DNA of 64,000 bases from Squalus acanthias. Taxonomy: Eukaryota. Within the stretch, counting starts at the first letter, position 1, and each line of letters begins with the position of its first letter. Location: contig CM059427.1 of assembly GCA_030390025.1 (NCBI GenBank), forward strand, positions 189,038,001 through 189,102,000. Direction: 5' to 3'. Position numbers and translations under genes: made by a program. The notes below the pieces were generated by a model. That model saw only the letters and a program-made list of their open reading frames with translations, had not been told where the DNA came from and did no database searches. Positions 12,258 through 24,579 of the stretch are shown here, one piece after another.

Positions 12258-13926
12258 TGTAAGGGATACCGTGCTCGGTGCCAAAGGCTGCTCTGTGCTT
12301 AGCCGGGGTGCTAGTGCGAGGTTAGGCCTGGTTGCCTGTTCTGGTCTCCAGCCAGCCTGATGACACTAGACACCTGTGAGTGGTTCGAGCCACTCGCCCT
12401 TACGGTTCTGACACTGGACTTAGGTGCGAGAGCAATAATGCAGAGAAAACTCAGGTAGACCCGTTGAATAGTACGAAATGGAAAATCTTTATTGCATATT
12501 GTTCAAGATTACGAGATACATGTCATAAGCACAGATTAATGACAGTACAATCGTACACACAGTTATGAAACTAATTTTAGGGAAACGAGGAGCGCACGAC
12601 ACATCGAAAAAGGGGACACCCATTATAATTATCCTTAAAACCAACACCTCCCATATCAATGCCTGTCCTAATATAGATCTGTAGGATCGAGACTCATGCT
12701 CACCAATTGGGATAATTCGGAGAATTCTAAAACGCTGCTCGGATGTTTTCGCCACAGCACCTGACTATTCACGTGTTGATCAGGGGTCTCTGTACCCCAC
12801 TTGTTTACTCGCTCTGCTCCGGCTAGCAGGCTGGACCGTCTGCTGCCATGAAGATCTGTGTTGGTCTCGGAGTTCGGATACCACTCAAAAAAGAGTCTTC
12901 CTGTGCCCTACACCGGTTGTCTGTAGAACTCGAAGGAAAGTCTTCCAGGGCCAGTTGTGGAGTAGCCGATAGAATTCAAAGAAGTGGTTAATCGATTTTC
13001 GGGCGCGGTCGGGGCTTACTGACCGTGGCGATACGTGTTGTCGTCTTCTTCTCTTCTCATCTCATCTCATCTCATCTCCTCTCGGGCCTTCGGTTCCAAC
13101 ACCGTTTACCGACTTCTCGGGATGGTGCGCCCGCTTTCAGGCCTTCGCAGACCGGTTCACCACAGATCTTCGCGGCAAGCCACGAGGTTGACTCCCGGAA
13201 AAAGCCGATCAGAGAATGAGAGTCCAGAGCTCCAGTCGGCGGTAAAGAATAAGAGTCGTCAGGGATAAGAGCACGATGAACAGCCAGAGGATAAGAGAAA
13301 GATGGACGTTTGGACATACAGTTATAGTACTGTAATTCCTTATCTCCCGCCCAATCTAAATGTTCATCTTTGTCATGTATTGGCGCTCAAACTTCTTGTA
13401 TGGGGTGGTACTTGTCGTTAATGAGTTTCGGTGATACTTGTAACTGTCTGAGTACCCGTTAATATTTCTCCCATTGTGGAACCGGCTAGGAGTTTCCCAG
13501 GAGGGGTTTTGGGGCTTCCAAATGCTTGCTGTGAGTACCTGCGAACGGCTCTCTCATCGTAGAGCCGTGGGGAATTTGCATATCAATGTCTTTGGATGGG
13601 CCCTTGATTGCCCAGTACAATAGCCCTCGTTTGTACCTGGAAGACCGATTCCAGTATTTATGTTTAAAATGCAAACCCATCGCGTCTTGTCATTATCTCA
13701 ATGTGCTGAGTCCTGTCCGATCTTGCTGAAATGTTTATTGAAACGCCATCTTGTCTACCTACTGAAAGTCTAGAACCTTCTGCCACGAGGCGTGGCGGCC
13801 ATTTTACAGGCTGCTTGTGTCCTTTTTGAAACATGACAGCATTTTGCTGAAATAAAAGCTGTTTATACGAAACCTTATGTCTCCTTCTCATTATTATAAA
13901 ATCGCGATAATTTTGCGAATTCTACA
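12258..13926 (-). mobile_element. Solo LTR (1669 bp), family L1 copy a
   Basis: TGT...ACA termini; 4-bp TSD CACT (12254-57, 13927-30); homologous in reverse to 19031-20683; minus-strand AATAAA at ~12488-12493. Confidence 0.85.
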
Positions 13927-14806
13927 CACTTCAGACTGTGAACAAAAGAAATGAGGTAAAAGAGCTTTCCAAATTATTTCCCCATTCTAACTTGGAATTG
14001 TAAAATGAACAATAAACATCTTCAGTAAAATTCTCCACCACCTCCTGTGCAAATTGTAATAAAAGTTATTTCATAATATTTAAAAATTTGCAAATAATCT
14101 GTTCAAAATAATCTATGATGGATCATGTATGATCTACCTCTCATCCACAATCAACAGAAAATTTCCACCTGAAAATCATAGCTGGGATTTTCCTCACCAG
14201 AAGGGAGAGAAGCAAAGCTGAAATTAGAAAGCAGAAAAGTAGAAAGTGAATTTGAAAGACAGAGGAAGCAAGGGCTAGAAAATAGACAACAAGGGAGTTT
14301 GGCAATACTAAAGGGTATACACTTCAACGCAAGGAGTAGAGGGAATAAGGCAGATGAGCTGAGAGCACAGATAGACACTTGGGAGTATGATATTATAGCT
14401 ATTACTTAGAAATGGCTGAAAGAAGGGCAGGTATGGCAGCTCAACATTCCTGGTTACAGGGTTTTCAGACGGGATAGAGAAGGGGTTAAAAAGGAGGGTG
14501 GGTTGCAGTATTGATTAATAAACAATTACAGCTGTGAGGAGGGATGATATGTTAGAAGAATCATCAAATGAGGCCATATGGGTTGAATTGAAGAACAAAA
14601 AAGGGGCGATCACAGTGCTGGAAGTGTACTGTAGACCCCCAAACAGTCAGAGGGAGATAGAAGAGCAAATATGTAGGCAAATTTCTGAGAAGTGCAAAAA
14701 CTATAGGGCAGTAATAGTCGGGGATTTCAACTACCCCAATATAAACTGGGATAAAATTAGTGTGGAAGGGAAAGAGGGTGTGGAGTTCCTAAAATGCATT
14801 CAGGAG

Positions 14807-15238
14807 TAAACTAGGCCTGTATTCTCTTGAATTCAGAAGAATGAGAGGGGATCTCATCGAAGCATACAAAATTATTACAGGGCTTGATAGGATGGATACT
14901 GGGAGAATGTTTCCCTTGGGTGTGGAGTCTAGAACCAGGGGCCACTGCCTCAAGATAAAGGGTAGGCTATTCAGGACTGAGATGAGAAGAACTTTCTTCA
15001 TACAGAGGGTGGTGAATCTTTGGAATTCTCTACCCCAGAGGGTTGTGGAGGCTCAGTCATTGGGTATATTCAAAACAGAACTCAATAGATTTCTGACTAG
15101 TAAGGGCATTAAGGGATATGGCGATAGGGCCGGTGAATGGAGTTGAGGCAGAAGATCAGCCATGATTTCATTGACTGGCGGAGCAGGCTCGAAGGACCGA
15201 ATGGCCTACTCCTGCTCCTATTTCTTATGTTCTTATGT
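14807..15238 (+). mobile_element. Nested CR1 3' fragment
   Basis: RMRGDLIEAYKI...; (ttcttatg) tail; flanked by aggag repeats (14802-06, 15239-43). Confidence 0.85.
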
Positions 15239-17480
15239 AGGAGAACATTTTTAGCCAGTATGTAACAAGTCCAACAAGAGAGGGGGCGGTTCTGGACTTA
15301 GTTTTAGTGAATGAAGCTGGGCAGACGGAAGGGGTATCAGTGGGGTAGCATTTTGGTGCTAGTGATAATAATTCAGTTAGATTTAGGGTAGTTATGGAAA
15401 AGGACAAAGATAGACCAGGAATAAAAGTTCTCAATTGGGGAAAAGCCAATTTTGCTAAATTGAGATGGGATTTAGCCAAAATGGACTGGAAACAGCTACT
15501 TGAAGGTAAATCAGTATCAGAGCAGTGGGAGGCATTCAAGGAGGAGATCCTGAGGGTTCAGAGCAAGTATTTTCCCTTAAAGAAAAAGGGTGGGACTAAC
15601 AAATCTAGAGCCCCCTGGATGTCAAGGGACATACAGGGTAGGATAAAGAAAAAAATGGAAGCTTATGACAGATACCGAGGGCTCAATACTGCAGAAACTC
15701 TAGAGGAGTATAGAAAGTGCAGGGGTGAAATTAAAAAGGAAATTAGGAAAGCAAAGAGAGAGCATGACAAAATTTTGGCAAGTAAAATCAAGTAAAACCC
15801 AAAGATGTTTTATAAATACATTAAGAGCAAGAGGATAACTAAAGAAAGAATAGGGCCTATTCGAGAACTTAAAGGTAATCTGTGTGTGGAGGCGGAAGAC
15901 ATGGGTATTGTTCTTAATGAATACTTTGCATCTGTATTCACAAAAGAGAGGGGCGATGCAGACATTGCAATCAGGGAGGAGGAGTGTGAAATATTAGATT
16001 AAATAAACATAGTGAGAGAGGAAGTATTAAGGGGCACAGCAGCTTTGAAAGTGGATAAATCCCCAGACCCGGATGAAATGTATCCCAGGCTGTTAAGAGA
16101 AGCAAAAGAGGAAATAGCAGAGGCTCTGACCATCATTTTCCAATCCTCTCTGGCCACAGGTGTGGTGCCAGAGGATTGGAGGACTGCTAAAGTGGTACCC
16201 TTGTTTAAAAAGGGAGAAAGGAATAGACCGAGTAATTACAGGCCAGTCAGCCTAAGCTCGGTGGTGGGAAAATTATTGGAAAATGTTCTGAGGGGCAGGG
16301 TAAATCTTCATTTAGAAAGAAATGGATTAATCAAGGACAGTCAGCATGGATTTGTTAAGGGAAGATCGTATCTGACTAACTTGATTGAATTTTTTGAGGA
16401 GGTAACAAGGAGGGTAGTGCATTTGATGTAGTGTATATGGATTTTAGCAAGGCTTTTGAGAAGGTCCCATTGGCAGACTGGTCATGAAAGTGAAAGCCCA
16501 GGGGATCGAAGGCAAAGTGGCAAGTTAGATCCAAAATTGGCTCAGAGGCAAGAAGCAAAGGGTAATGGTTGATGGGTGTTTTTGTGTCTGCAAGTCTGTT
16601 TCCAGTGGGACCCCGCAGGGCTCAGCACTAGGTCCCTTGCTTTTTGTGGTATATATCAATAATTTAGACTTAAATATAGAGGGTATGATTAAAAAGTTTG
16701 CAGATGATACTAAAATCGGCTGCGTGGTTGATAATGAAGAAGAAAGCCGTAGACTGCAGGAAGATATCAATGAACTGGTCAGGTGGGCAGAACAGTGGCA
16801 AATGGAATTCAATCTGAGTGCGGTTTAAACAGAGTGTTGCGAGTTGGGTGTGTCAGGAAGTCTTAACTGCTAAAATCAAACATTTGTTTGTTTCATGTTT
16901 ACTGTTACTGTTTACTGTTTAAAATCTAACTTGCCCAGCTTTAAGCAGGGTTATAAAGGGATATTCAAGGCCTACAATTCAGAGTAGCTGAAGGCATTTA
17001 ATTCGGGAAACTAGATTGAACTGGTTCTCTTGTAGTAGGTCTCAGCAAGCTCCTTTGTTTCAGGGCCTATAAAAACACGCTTTGCAGTGTGATTTTGCAC
17101 TGAGTGCAGTTTAAAGAGAGTGCTGCGAGTTGGGTGAGTCAGGGAGTGAGGTGAGGAGTGGAAGGAGGAGCTCCCTTGCTTTGCCTTTGTTTTTCTAACT
17201 TTTCAACTTTTAGGAATTGGTTCTTACTTTACACGAAGGAAAGAGTCGAGAGCGGGAGCAGTCAAATAACAACAACTGCAAATAAACTAAAGTGACGTCA
17301 AAACCAGGGAAGGAGCTGATTGGTAAATAGGACCTGGTGAGTATTTCTACAGTCCAGTCGTTAAAGTAAAAGTAAGGTCTCTAGTTTAGAGTAAGTAGTG
17401 TTTAAAGGGAAGTAAGGTCCCTAGTGTATTTAATATTCTTTAATTTAAAGGAAGTAAAGGGAGTAAATTAAGTGTAGGAC

Positions 17481-18430
17481 ATGGCAGAGCAGCTCGGCAG
17501 CGTGGAGTGCTCCTCCTGTGCTATGTGGGAAGTCAGGGACACTTTCGGTGTCCAGGGCAAACACATGTGCAGGAAGTTTCTCCAGCTGCAGCTACTTGAA
17601 ATCCGCGTTTCAGAGCTGGAGCTGCGGCTGGAGTCACTGTGGAGCATCTGTGAAGCTGAGATCTTCGTGGATAGCACGTTTAATAAGGTGGTCACACCGC
17701 AGGTAAAGAGTGCACAGGCAGACAGGAAATGGGTGACCACCAGACAGAGTAAAAGAACTAGGAAGGTAATGCAGGAGTCCCCTGGGTCCATCTCCCTCTC
17801 CAACAGATTTTCTGTTTTGGATACTGCTGGGGGAGCTGGTTTCTTAGGGGAATGCAGCAAGAGCCAAGTCCGCGGCACTACGAGTGTCTCAAATGCACAG
17901 GAGGGGAGGAAAAAGTGTGGGAGAGCAATAGTGACAGGGGATTCTATCGTAAGGGGAACAGATAGACATTTCTGTGGCCACAGACGTGACATTAGGATAG
18001 TATGTTGCCTCCCTGGTGCCAGGTTAAAGGTTGTCACTGAACGGCTGCAGGACATTCTGAAGGGGGAGAGCGAACAGTCAGAGGTCGTGGTTCACATTGG
18101 TACCAACGACATGGGAAGAAAGAGGAATGAGGTCCTGCAACAAAAATTTAGGGAGCTAGGAAGCAGATTAAAAAGCAGGACCTCAAAGGTTGTAATCTCT
18201 GGATTACTCCCGGTGCCACGTGTTAGTGAGTGTAGGAATAGGAGGATAGAGCGGATGAATGCGCGGCTAAAGAGTTGGTGCAGGAGGGAGGGCTTTAGTT
18301 TCCTGGATCACTGGGTCTGCTTCTGGGGAAGGTGGGACCTGTACAAGTCGGACGGGTTGCACCTGAACCGGAATGGGACCAACATCCTTGCAGGGAGGTT
18401 TGCTCGTACTGTTGGGGCGTGGTGGGGGTT
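17481..18430 (+). CDS. CR1 ORF1p: Cys-rich finger, coiled coil and SGNH/GDSL esterase domain
   Basis: CSSC...CRK(C>F), LEIRVSELELRLE, IVTGDSIVRG, VVVHIGTND, DGLHLN; 3' end approximate because an indel removes the stop. Confidence 0.88.
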
Positions 18431-19030
18431 TCAACTAACTTGGCAGGGGGATGGGATACAGAGTGGAACTATAGTAGGGGGTGATGCACAGCCAAATATA
18501 GAGGAAAAAACAAGTCAGCCTGGAAGGCAGAGCAAATATGTAACGGCACAAGGGAGTATGGCAAGGCTGGATGTCATTTATTTTAATGCAAGGAGTCTTG
18601 CGAGTAAGGCAGATGAATTGAAGGTGTTGATGAACACATGGGAGTATGATATTGTTGCTATCACAGAGACATGGTTGAGGGAGGGGCAGGACTGGCAGCT
18701 CAATATTCCAGGGTATAGAATCTTCAGGCGAGACAGGGGGGGGGGGGGTGGGTAAAAGGGCAGGGGGTGTCGCAATATTAATCAAGGAGTCACTTACTGC
18801 TGTAAGGAGGGATGATATCATAGAAGGTTCCTCTAATGAGGCCCTATGGGTAGAACTTAAAATCAAAATTGGGGCAAGCACTTTGTTGGGAGTGTACTAT
18901 AGGCCCCCAAACAGTCAGGGGGAGATAGAGGAACTGAAATGTAGACAAATCTCAGAGACGTGTACAAATAATAGGGTAATAATAGTAGGGGATTTCAACT
19001 TCCCCAATATTAACTGGGATAGTCAGAGTG

Positions 19031-20683
19031 TGTAAAGTTTCGCAATTATCGCGATTCAAAATAACAAGAGAGAGGCAGATTCGTTTGATCAGTTTTATTA
19101 AACGAAATGCTGTCATGATAATAAAGGACACAGAAGCCCGTAAAATGGCCGCTGCGCATCGTGGCAGAAGCTTCCAGAAATACAGTGGGCAGACAAGATG
19201 GCGTCGAATATACATTTCAGTATAAGATTGGATCATACTCGGTAAACATTGATAAAGACAGGATGCAACCTGTTTGCATTTGAAACAATAGCAAAGATAT
19301 AAGTGCTGGAATCGTTTTCCATGCACAAGTAAGGATCATTGTACTGGGCAATCGAAGGCCCATCCAGACACATCAATACACAAATACCCCCACGGCTCTA
19401 CAATGAGAGAGTCATTTATGGGTGATTAAGTCTGTATTCGGGGAGGCCCCAAAACCAGTCAGGGAGACTCCTGGCTGGGTCAACAATGGGGAAAACATTA
19501 ACGGATAGTTGACCAGTTTCAGGTGCTACCGAAACCCGTTAAAGAGAAGAATCGCCCCATGCTGGGAGTTTTGTGCGCCAATATTACACAAAGGACAAAC
19601 ATTAAGATTTGAGCGGGAGATAAGGGGACACAGCACTATAACTATAGTGAACAAATGTCCATCGGTCTCTTATTCTCCCGGCCGATCTCTTATTCGCTTG
19701 ATTCGACTCTTATCTCTTGGCGGACCCTTGCTGAAGCTCTTCCTTAGAGCTGGACTTTGTGTTTTCTCTGGACTTTGGTGACTTTTAGCCGTACTGGTCG
19801 GTTATTCGAATGTTGGGTGGAGCTCAATCGGAACGAGCCGCCCCGACAAGGGCAAGTGACCGGGTGCACCATCCCGAGTGTCGGTAAACGGTGTCTGGAC
19901 CCGGAGGCCCGAAGAGACGAGACGAGACGACAAGAAAAGAAGAAGAATCCACATGCCGCCACGGTCAGTAAACCCCGACCGCGCCCGAAAATATAATAAA
20001 GAACTCTTCATTGAAATCTACCGACAACCGGTGTCGGGAACAGGAAGACTCTTCTTTGAATTCTACAAACGTGTCCGAGTTCTGTCGAGTTCTTCATGAC
20101 AACAGAGAGTCTGGCCTGCTTGTCGCAGCAGCGAAGATAAACAAGTGGGGTACAGAGACCCTTCCAAACACGTGACAGTCAGGCGCTGCAGCGAAACGAG
20201 CCGAGTGCCTCACTTTAAAATTCTCCGAAGTAACACGAGTGTTGAGCATGTTTCCCGATCCCACAAATCTAGATGTAGTGTAGGTATTGATAAGGGAGGG
20301 TGGTTTTATTAAGGATAAAGTATAATGTGTTCCCCTTTTTACGATGTGCCGTGCGTTCTTCATTTCCATAGACCAAGCTTTATGAATGTATGTATACTTG
20401 TACTCTCGTTAATTTGCGCCTATGACATGTACTTCATGATTTTGGACGCTATGCAATAAAGATTTCCATTTCGTACTATTCAACCGGGTCTATTTGAGTT
20501 TTCTCTGCATTACTGCTCCTGCACCTAAGTCCAGTATTAGAACCGTAAGGGTGAGTGGGTCGAACCACTCACAGGTGCTTATTGCAATAAGGCTGGCCGG
20601 AGACCAGAGCAAGCAATAGTATTAGGCAACGAAGGCCTAACCTCGCACCAGCACCGTCTGAGACACAGGCACGAACCCTTACA
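19031..20683 (+). mobile_element. Solo LTR (1653 bp), family L1 copy b
   Basis: TGT...ACA termini; TSD AGTG (19027-30, 20684-87); interrupts CR1 ORF2 at INWDSQSV|KGLEGAEF; AATAAA at ~20455. Confidence 0.88.
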
Positions 20684-23600
20684 AGTGTGAAAGGCTTAGA
20701 GGGTGCGGAATTCTTAAAGTGCATCCAGGAGAGCTTTTTGAGCCAGCATGCAGAAAGTCCTACAAGAGAGGGGGGTGGTACTGGACCTCATTCTAGGGAA
20801 TACAACCGGGCAAGTGGTAGAAGTGTATGTAGGAGAGCATTTTGGTGACATTAACCGTAATTCGGTAAGATTTAAAGTGGTCATGGAAAAGGACAAAGAT
20901 GGACCGGAAATAAAGGTTCTAAATTGGGGGAAGGCCGATTTTAATATGATAAGGCAGGATCTGGCCAAAGTGGACTGGGATCAGCTACTTGTAGGAAAAT
21001 CTACATCAGAGCAGTGGGAGTCTTTCAGAAAGGAAATAGAGAGAGTACAATGCCAACATGTTCCCGTAAAGGTCAAGGGTGGGACCAACAAGCCCAGGGA
21101 ACCCTAGATGTCAAGGGATATACAAGAATGGATTAGGAAAAAAAGGGAGGCTTTTGGCAGATACAAAGGACTAAAAACAGTGGAAGCCCTAGAGGAGTAT
21201 AGAAAGTGCAGGGGGTTAATTAAAAAAGAAATTAGGAGAGCGAAGAGGGGGCATGAAAAAACACTGGTGGGCAAAATAAAGGAAAATCCCAATGTGTTGT
21301 ATAAGTATATTAAGGGTAAAAGGATAACCAGGGAAAGAGTAGGGCCCATTAGGGACCAAAGTGGCAATCTGTGTGCAGAGCAGGAAGATGTGGATGAGGT
21401 TTTAAATTAATATTTTGCATCTGTGTTCACTATGGAGAAGGACGATGTCGGCATAGAAATCAGGCAGGGGGATTGTGATATACTTGAACAAATTAGTATT
21501 GAGAGGGAGGAGGTACTAACGGTTTTAGCGGGCTTAAAAGTGGATAAATCCCCAGGCCCAGACGAGATGTATCCCAGGCTGCTGTGTGAGGCAAGGGAGG
21601 AGATTGCAGGGGCTCCGACACAAATTTTCAGAACCTCTCTGGCCACAGGGGAGGTGCCAGAGGACTGAAGAACAGCTAACGTAGTACTATTATTCAAGAA
21701 GGTTAGTAGGGATAAACCAGGGAATTACAGGCCAGTGAGCCTAACATCAGTGGTAGGGAAATTATTGGATAAAATTCTGAGGGACAGAATTAGTCTCCAC
21801 TTGGAAAGGTAAGGATTAATCAAGGATAGTCAGCATGGCTTTGTCAGAGGGAGATCATGTCTAACCAATTTGATTCAATTTTTCAAGGGGGTGACTAGGT
21901 GTGTGGATGAGGGTAGTGCAGTTGATGTAGTCTACATGGAGTTCACCAAGGCTTTTGACAAAGTCCAACATGGGAGACTGGTCAATAAGGTAAGAGCCCA
22001 TGGGATCCAGGGCAATTTGCCACATTGGATCCAAAATTGACTTAGTGGCAGGAGGCAGAGGGTGATGGTCGAAGGTTGTTTTTGTCACTGGAAGCCTGTG
22101 TCCAGTGGTGTACTGCAGGGATCGGTGCTGGGTCCTTTGCTGTTTGTAGTGTACATTAATGATTTGGATATGAATGTAGGAGGTATGATCAGTAAGTTCG
22201 CAGATGACACAAAAATTGGTGGAGTGGTAAATAGCGAGGAGGGAAGCCTCAGGCTACAGGACGATATAGACGGGTTGGTTAGATGGGCAGAACAGTGGCA
22301 AATGGAATTTAACCCTGAAAAGTTTGAGGTGATGCATTTTGGGAGCACTAATAAGGCAAGGAATACACAATGAATGGTAGGACCCTAGGAAGGACAGATG
22401 ATCAGAGGGACCTTGGTGTGCATGTACATAGATCCCTGAAGGCAGCAGGACAGGTAAATAAGGTGGTTAAAAAGGCATATGGGATACTTGCCTTCATTAG
22501 CCGAGGCATAGAATATAAGAGCAGGGAGGTTACGATGGAGCTGCACAAAATGCTAGTTAGGCCACAGCTGAAATACTGTGTGCAATTTTGGTCGCCACAC
22601 TATAGGAAGGATGTGATTGCATTGGAGAGGGTGCAGAAGAGATTCACCAGGATGTTACCTGGGATGGAGCGCTTCAGCTATGAAGAGAGACTGGACAGGC
22701 TGGAGTTGTTTTCCTTAGAGCAGAGAAGGCGAAGGGGGGACCTGATTGAGGTGTACAAAATTATGAGGGGCATAGATAGGGTAGATAGAAAGGAACTTTT
22801 CCCCTTATTAGAGGGGTCAATAACCAGGGGGCATAGTTTCAAGGTAAGGGGCAGGAGGTTTAGAGGGGATTTGAGGAAAAACTTTTTCACCCAGAGGGTT
22901 GTTGGAATCTAGAACTCACTGCCTGAAAGGGTGGTAGAGGCAGGAACCCTCACAACATTCAAGAAGCATTTCGATGAAAACTTGAAACGTCATAGCATAC
23001 AAGGCTACGGTCCAAGTGCTGGAGAATGGAATTAGAATAGACAGGGCTTGATGGCTGGCGCTGACACGATGGGCTGAAGGGCCTCTTTCTGTGCTGTATA
23101 ACTCTATGACTCCATGACTAAGTGTGAATGCATTTGGGGAGGGCTAACAAGGCAAGGGAATACACATTAAATGGTAGGACACTGAGAAGTGCAGAGGGAC
23201 AAAGGGACCTTGGAGTAACTGTCCACAGTTCCCTGAATGTAGCAGGCCAAGTAGATAAGGTGGTTAAGAAGGCATTCAGAATACTTGCCTTTATTAGCCG
23301 ATGCATAGAAAACAAGAGCAGGGAGGTTATGCTTGAACTGTATAAAACACTAGTTAGGCCACAGCTAGAGTTCTGCGAGAATACTGCGTGCAGTTCTGGT
23401 CACCACATTACAGGAAAGATGTGATTGCACTAGAGAGGGTACTGAGGAGATTTATGAGGATGTTGCCTGGACTGGAGAATTTTAGCTACGCGGAAAGATT
23501 GGAACAGAGGAGGCTGACGGGAAACCTTATTGAGGTGTATAAAATTATGAGGGACCTAGATAGAGTGGATAGGAAGGACCTATTTCCCTTAGCAGAGGGT

Positions 23601-24203
23601 TCCACAACCAGGGGGCATAGATTTAAATTAATTGTTCAGAGGTTTAGAGGGGATTTGAGGGGAAATTTCTTCACCCAGAGGCTGGTAGGAGTCTGAAAAT
23701 CACTGCCTGAAAGAGTGGCAGATTCAGAGACCCTCACCACGTTTAAAACATGCTTGGATGTGCACTTGAAGTGCTGTAACCTACAGGGCTACAGACCAAG
23801 AGCTGGACAGTGGGATTAGGGTGGATAGCTCTTTTTTGGCCAGCGTGGACACGATGGGCTGAAATGGCCTCCTTCCGTGCTGTAAATTTCTATGATTCTA
23901 TGGTTACCTCAGCGGGTCCGAGGTGAGTGCTGTCGGTGGTGGGTCGCGGCCCTGCAGCTGGCTCCATCCTGTTGCCTAAACGGAACTTGCTTTGATAGGG
24001 CTTGTTAAGCCTGCCCAGCGCGTTCCCCAGCCCAATTAGAGGAAGTGGGTCTGCTGATGTCATTCATGACACGCCATCAGCCGGTTTCCTTAAAGGGACC
24101 ATGGCCAACTTTGTTTTGATGCGGTGATGCCGGTGTTGGACTGGGGTGGACAAAATTGAGAGGTCGCACAACACCAGGTTATAGTCCAACAGTTTTATTT
24201 GAA

Positions 24204-24247
24204 ATCACAAGCTTTCGGAGCTATCGATCGCCCCTTCCTCAGGTGAA
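24204..24247 (-). ncRNA. Minimal hammerhead ribozyme motif (mirror copy)
   Basis: Reverse complement of 30401-30444. Confidence 0.75.
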
Positions 24248-24579
24248 GTAGTAAAGAAATACAGACTCGACAAAGCATATATAGATAGAGAACAATGCAT
24301 GTGTACCTTACAATTGCAGACAACTAAATTAAATCATCCTGACTATCTGCCGAGGTGTGATAAAGTTAATCAGGTCAGCCAGGAAGGTACCACATCAAAG
24401 ACATAGCAAGATACAACTGAGACAATGAGGTGGAGTCGCAGGGGTCTAACGTGTCAAAAGCTGCCGTCTGTATGTAAAACGATAAGCTGTAAAAATGTTT
24501 TACTTTTTTACTGGGAAAATTTTTACTTTTTTACTGGGAATCACATCTGTGAACAAGCCAACGACGACTCGAGTCCGGA

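Larger units (their letters stand above)
16815..23119 (+). mobile_element. Full-length CR1 LINE (5'UTR, ORF1, broken ORF2), interrupted by a solo LTR
   Basis: 5'UTR motif repeated at ~16815 and ~17100; ORF1 from 17481; ORF2 fragments 18558-23035; (actctatg) tail. Confidence 0.88.
14200..23900 (+). mobile_element. Degenerate CR1 ORF2 host element, interrupted at 14807-15238 and 16815-23119
   Basis: ORF2 peptides 14534-16812 continue after 23120 (MEFN|..MHLGRANK..); tail tttctatgattctatg at ~23887-23902. Confidence 0.85.

Noticed and set aside
17481-18755. Apparent CR1 ORF1-ORF2 fusion protein
   Set aside because: An indel near 18420 removes the ORF1 stop, and ORF2 is then broken at a G-run and many stops; this is decay
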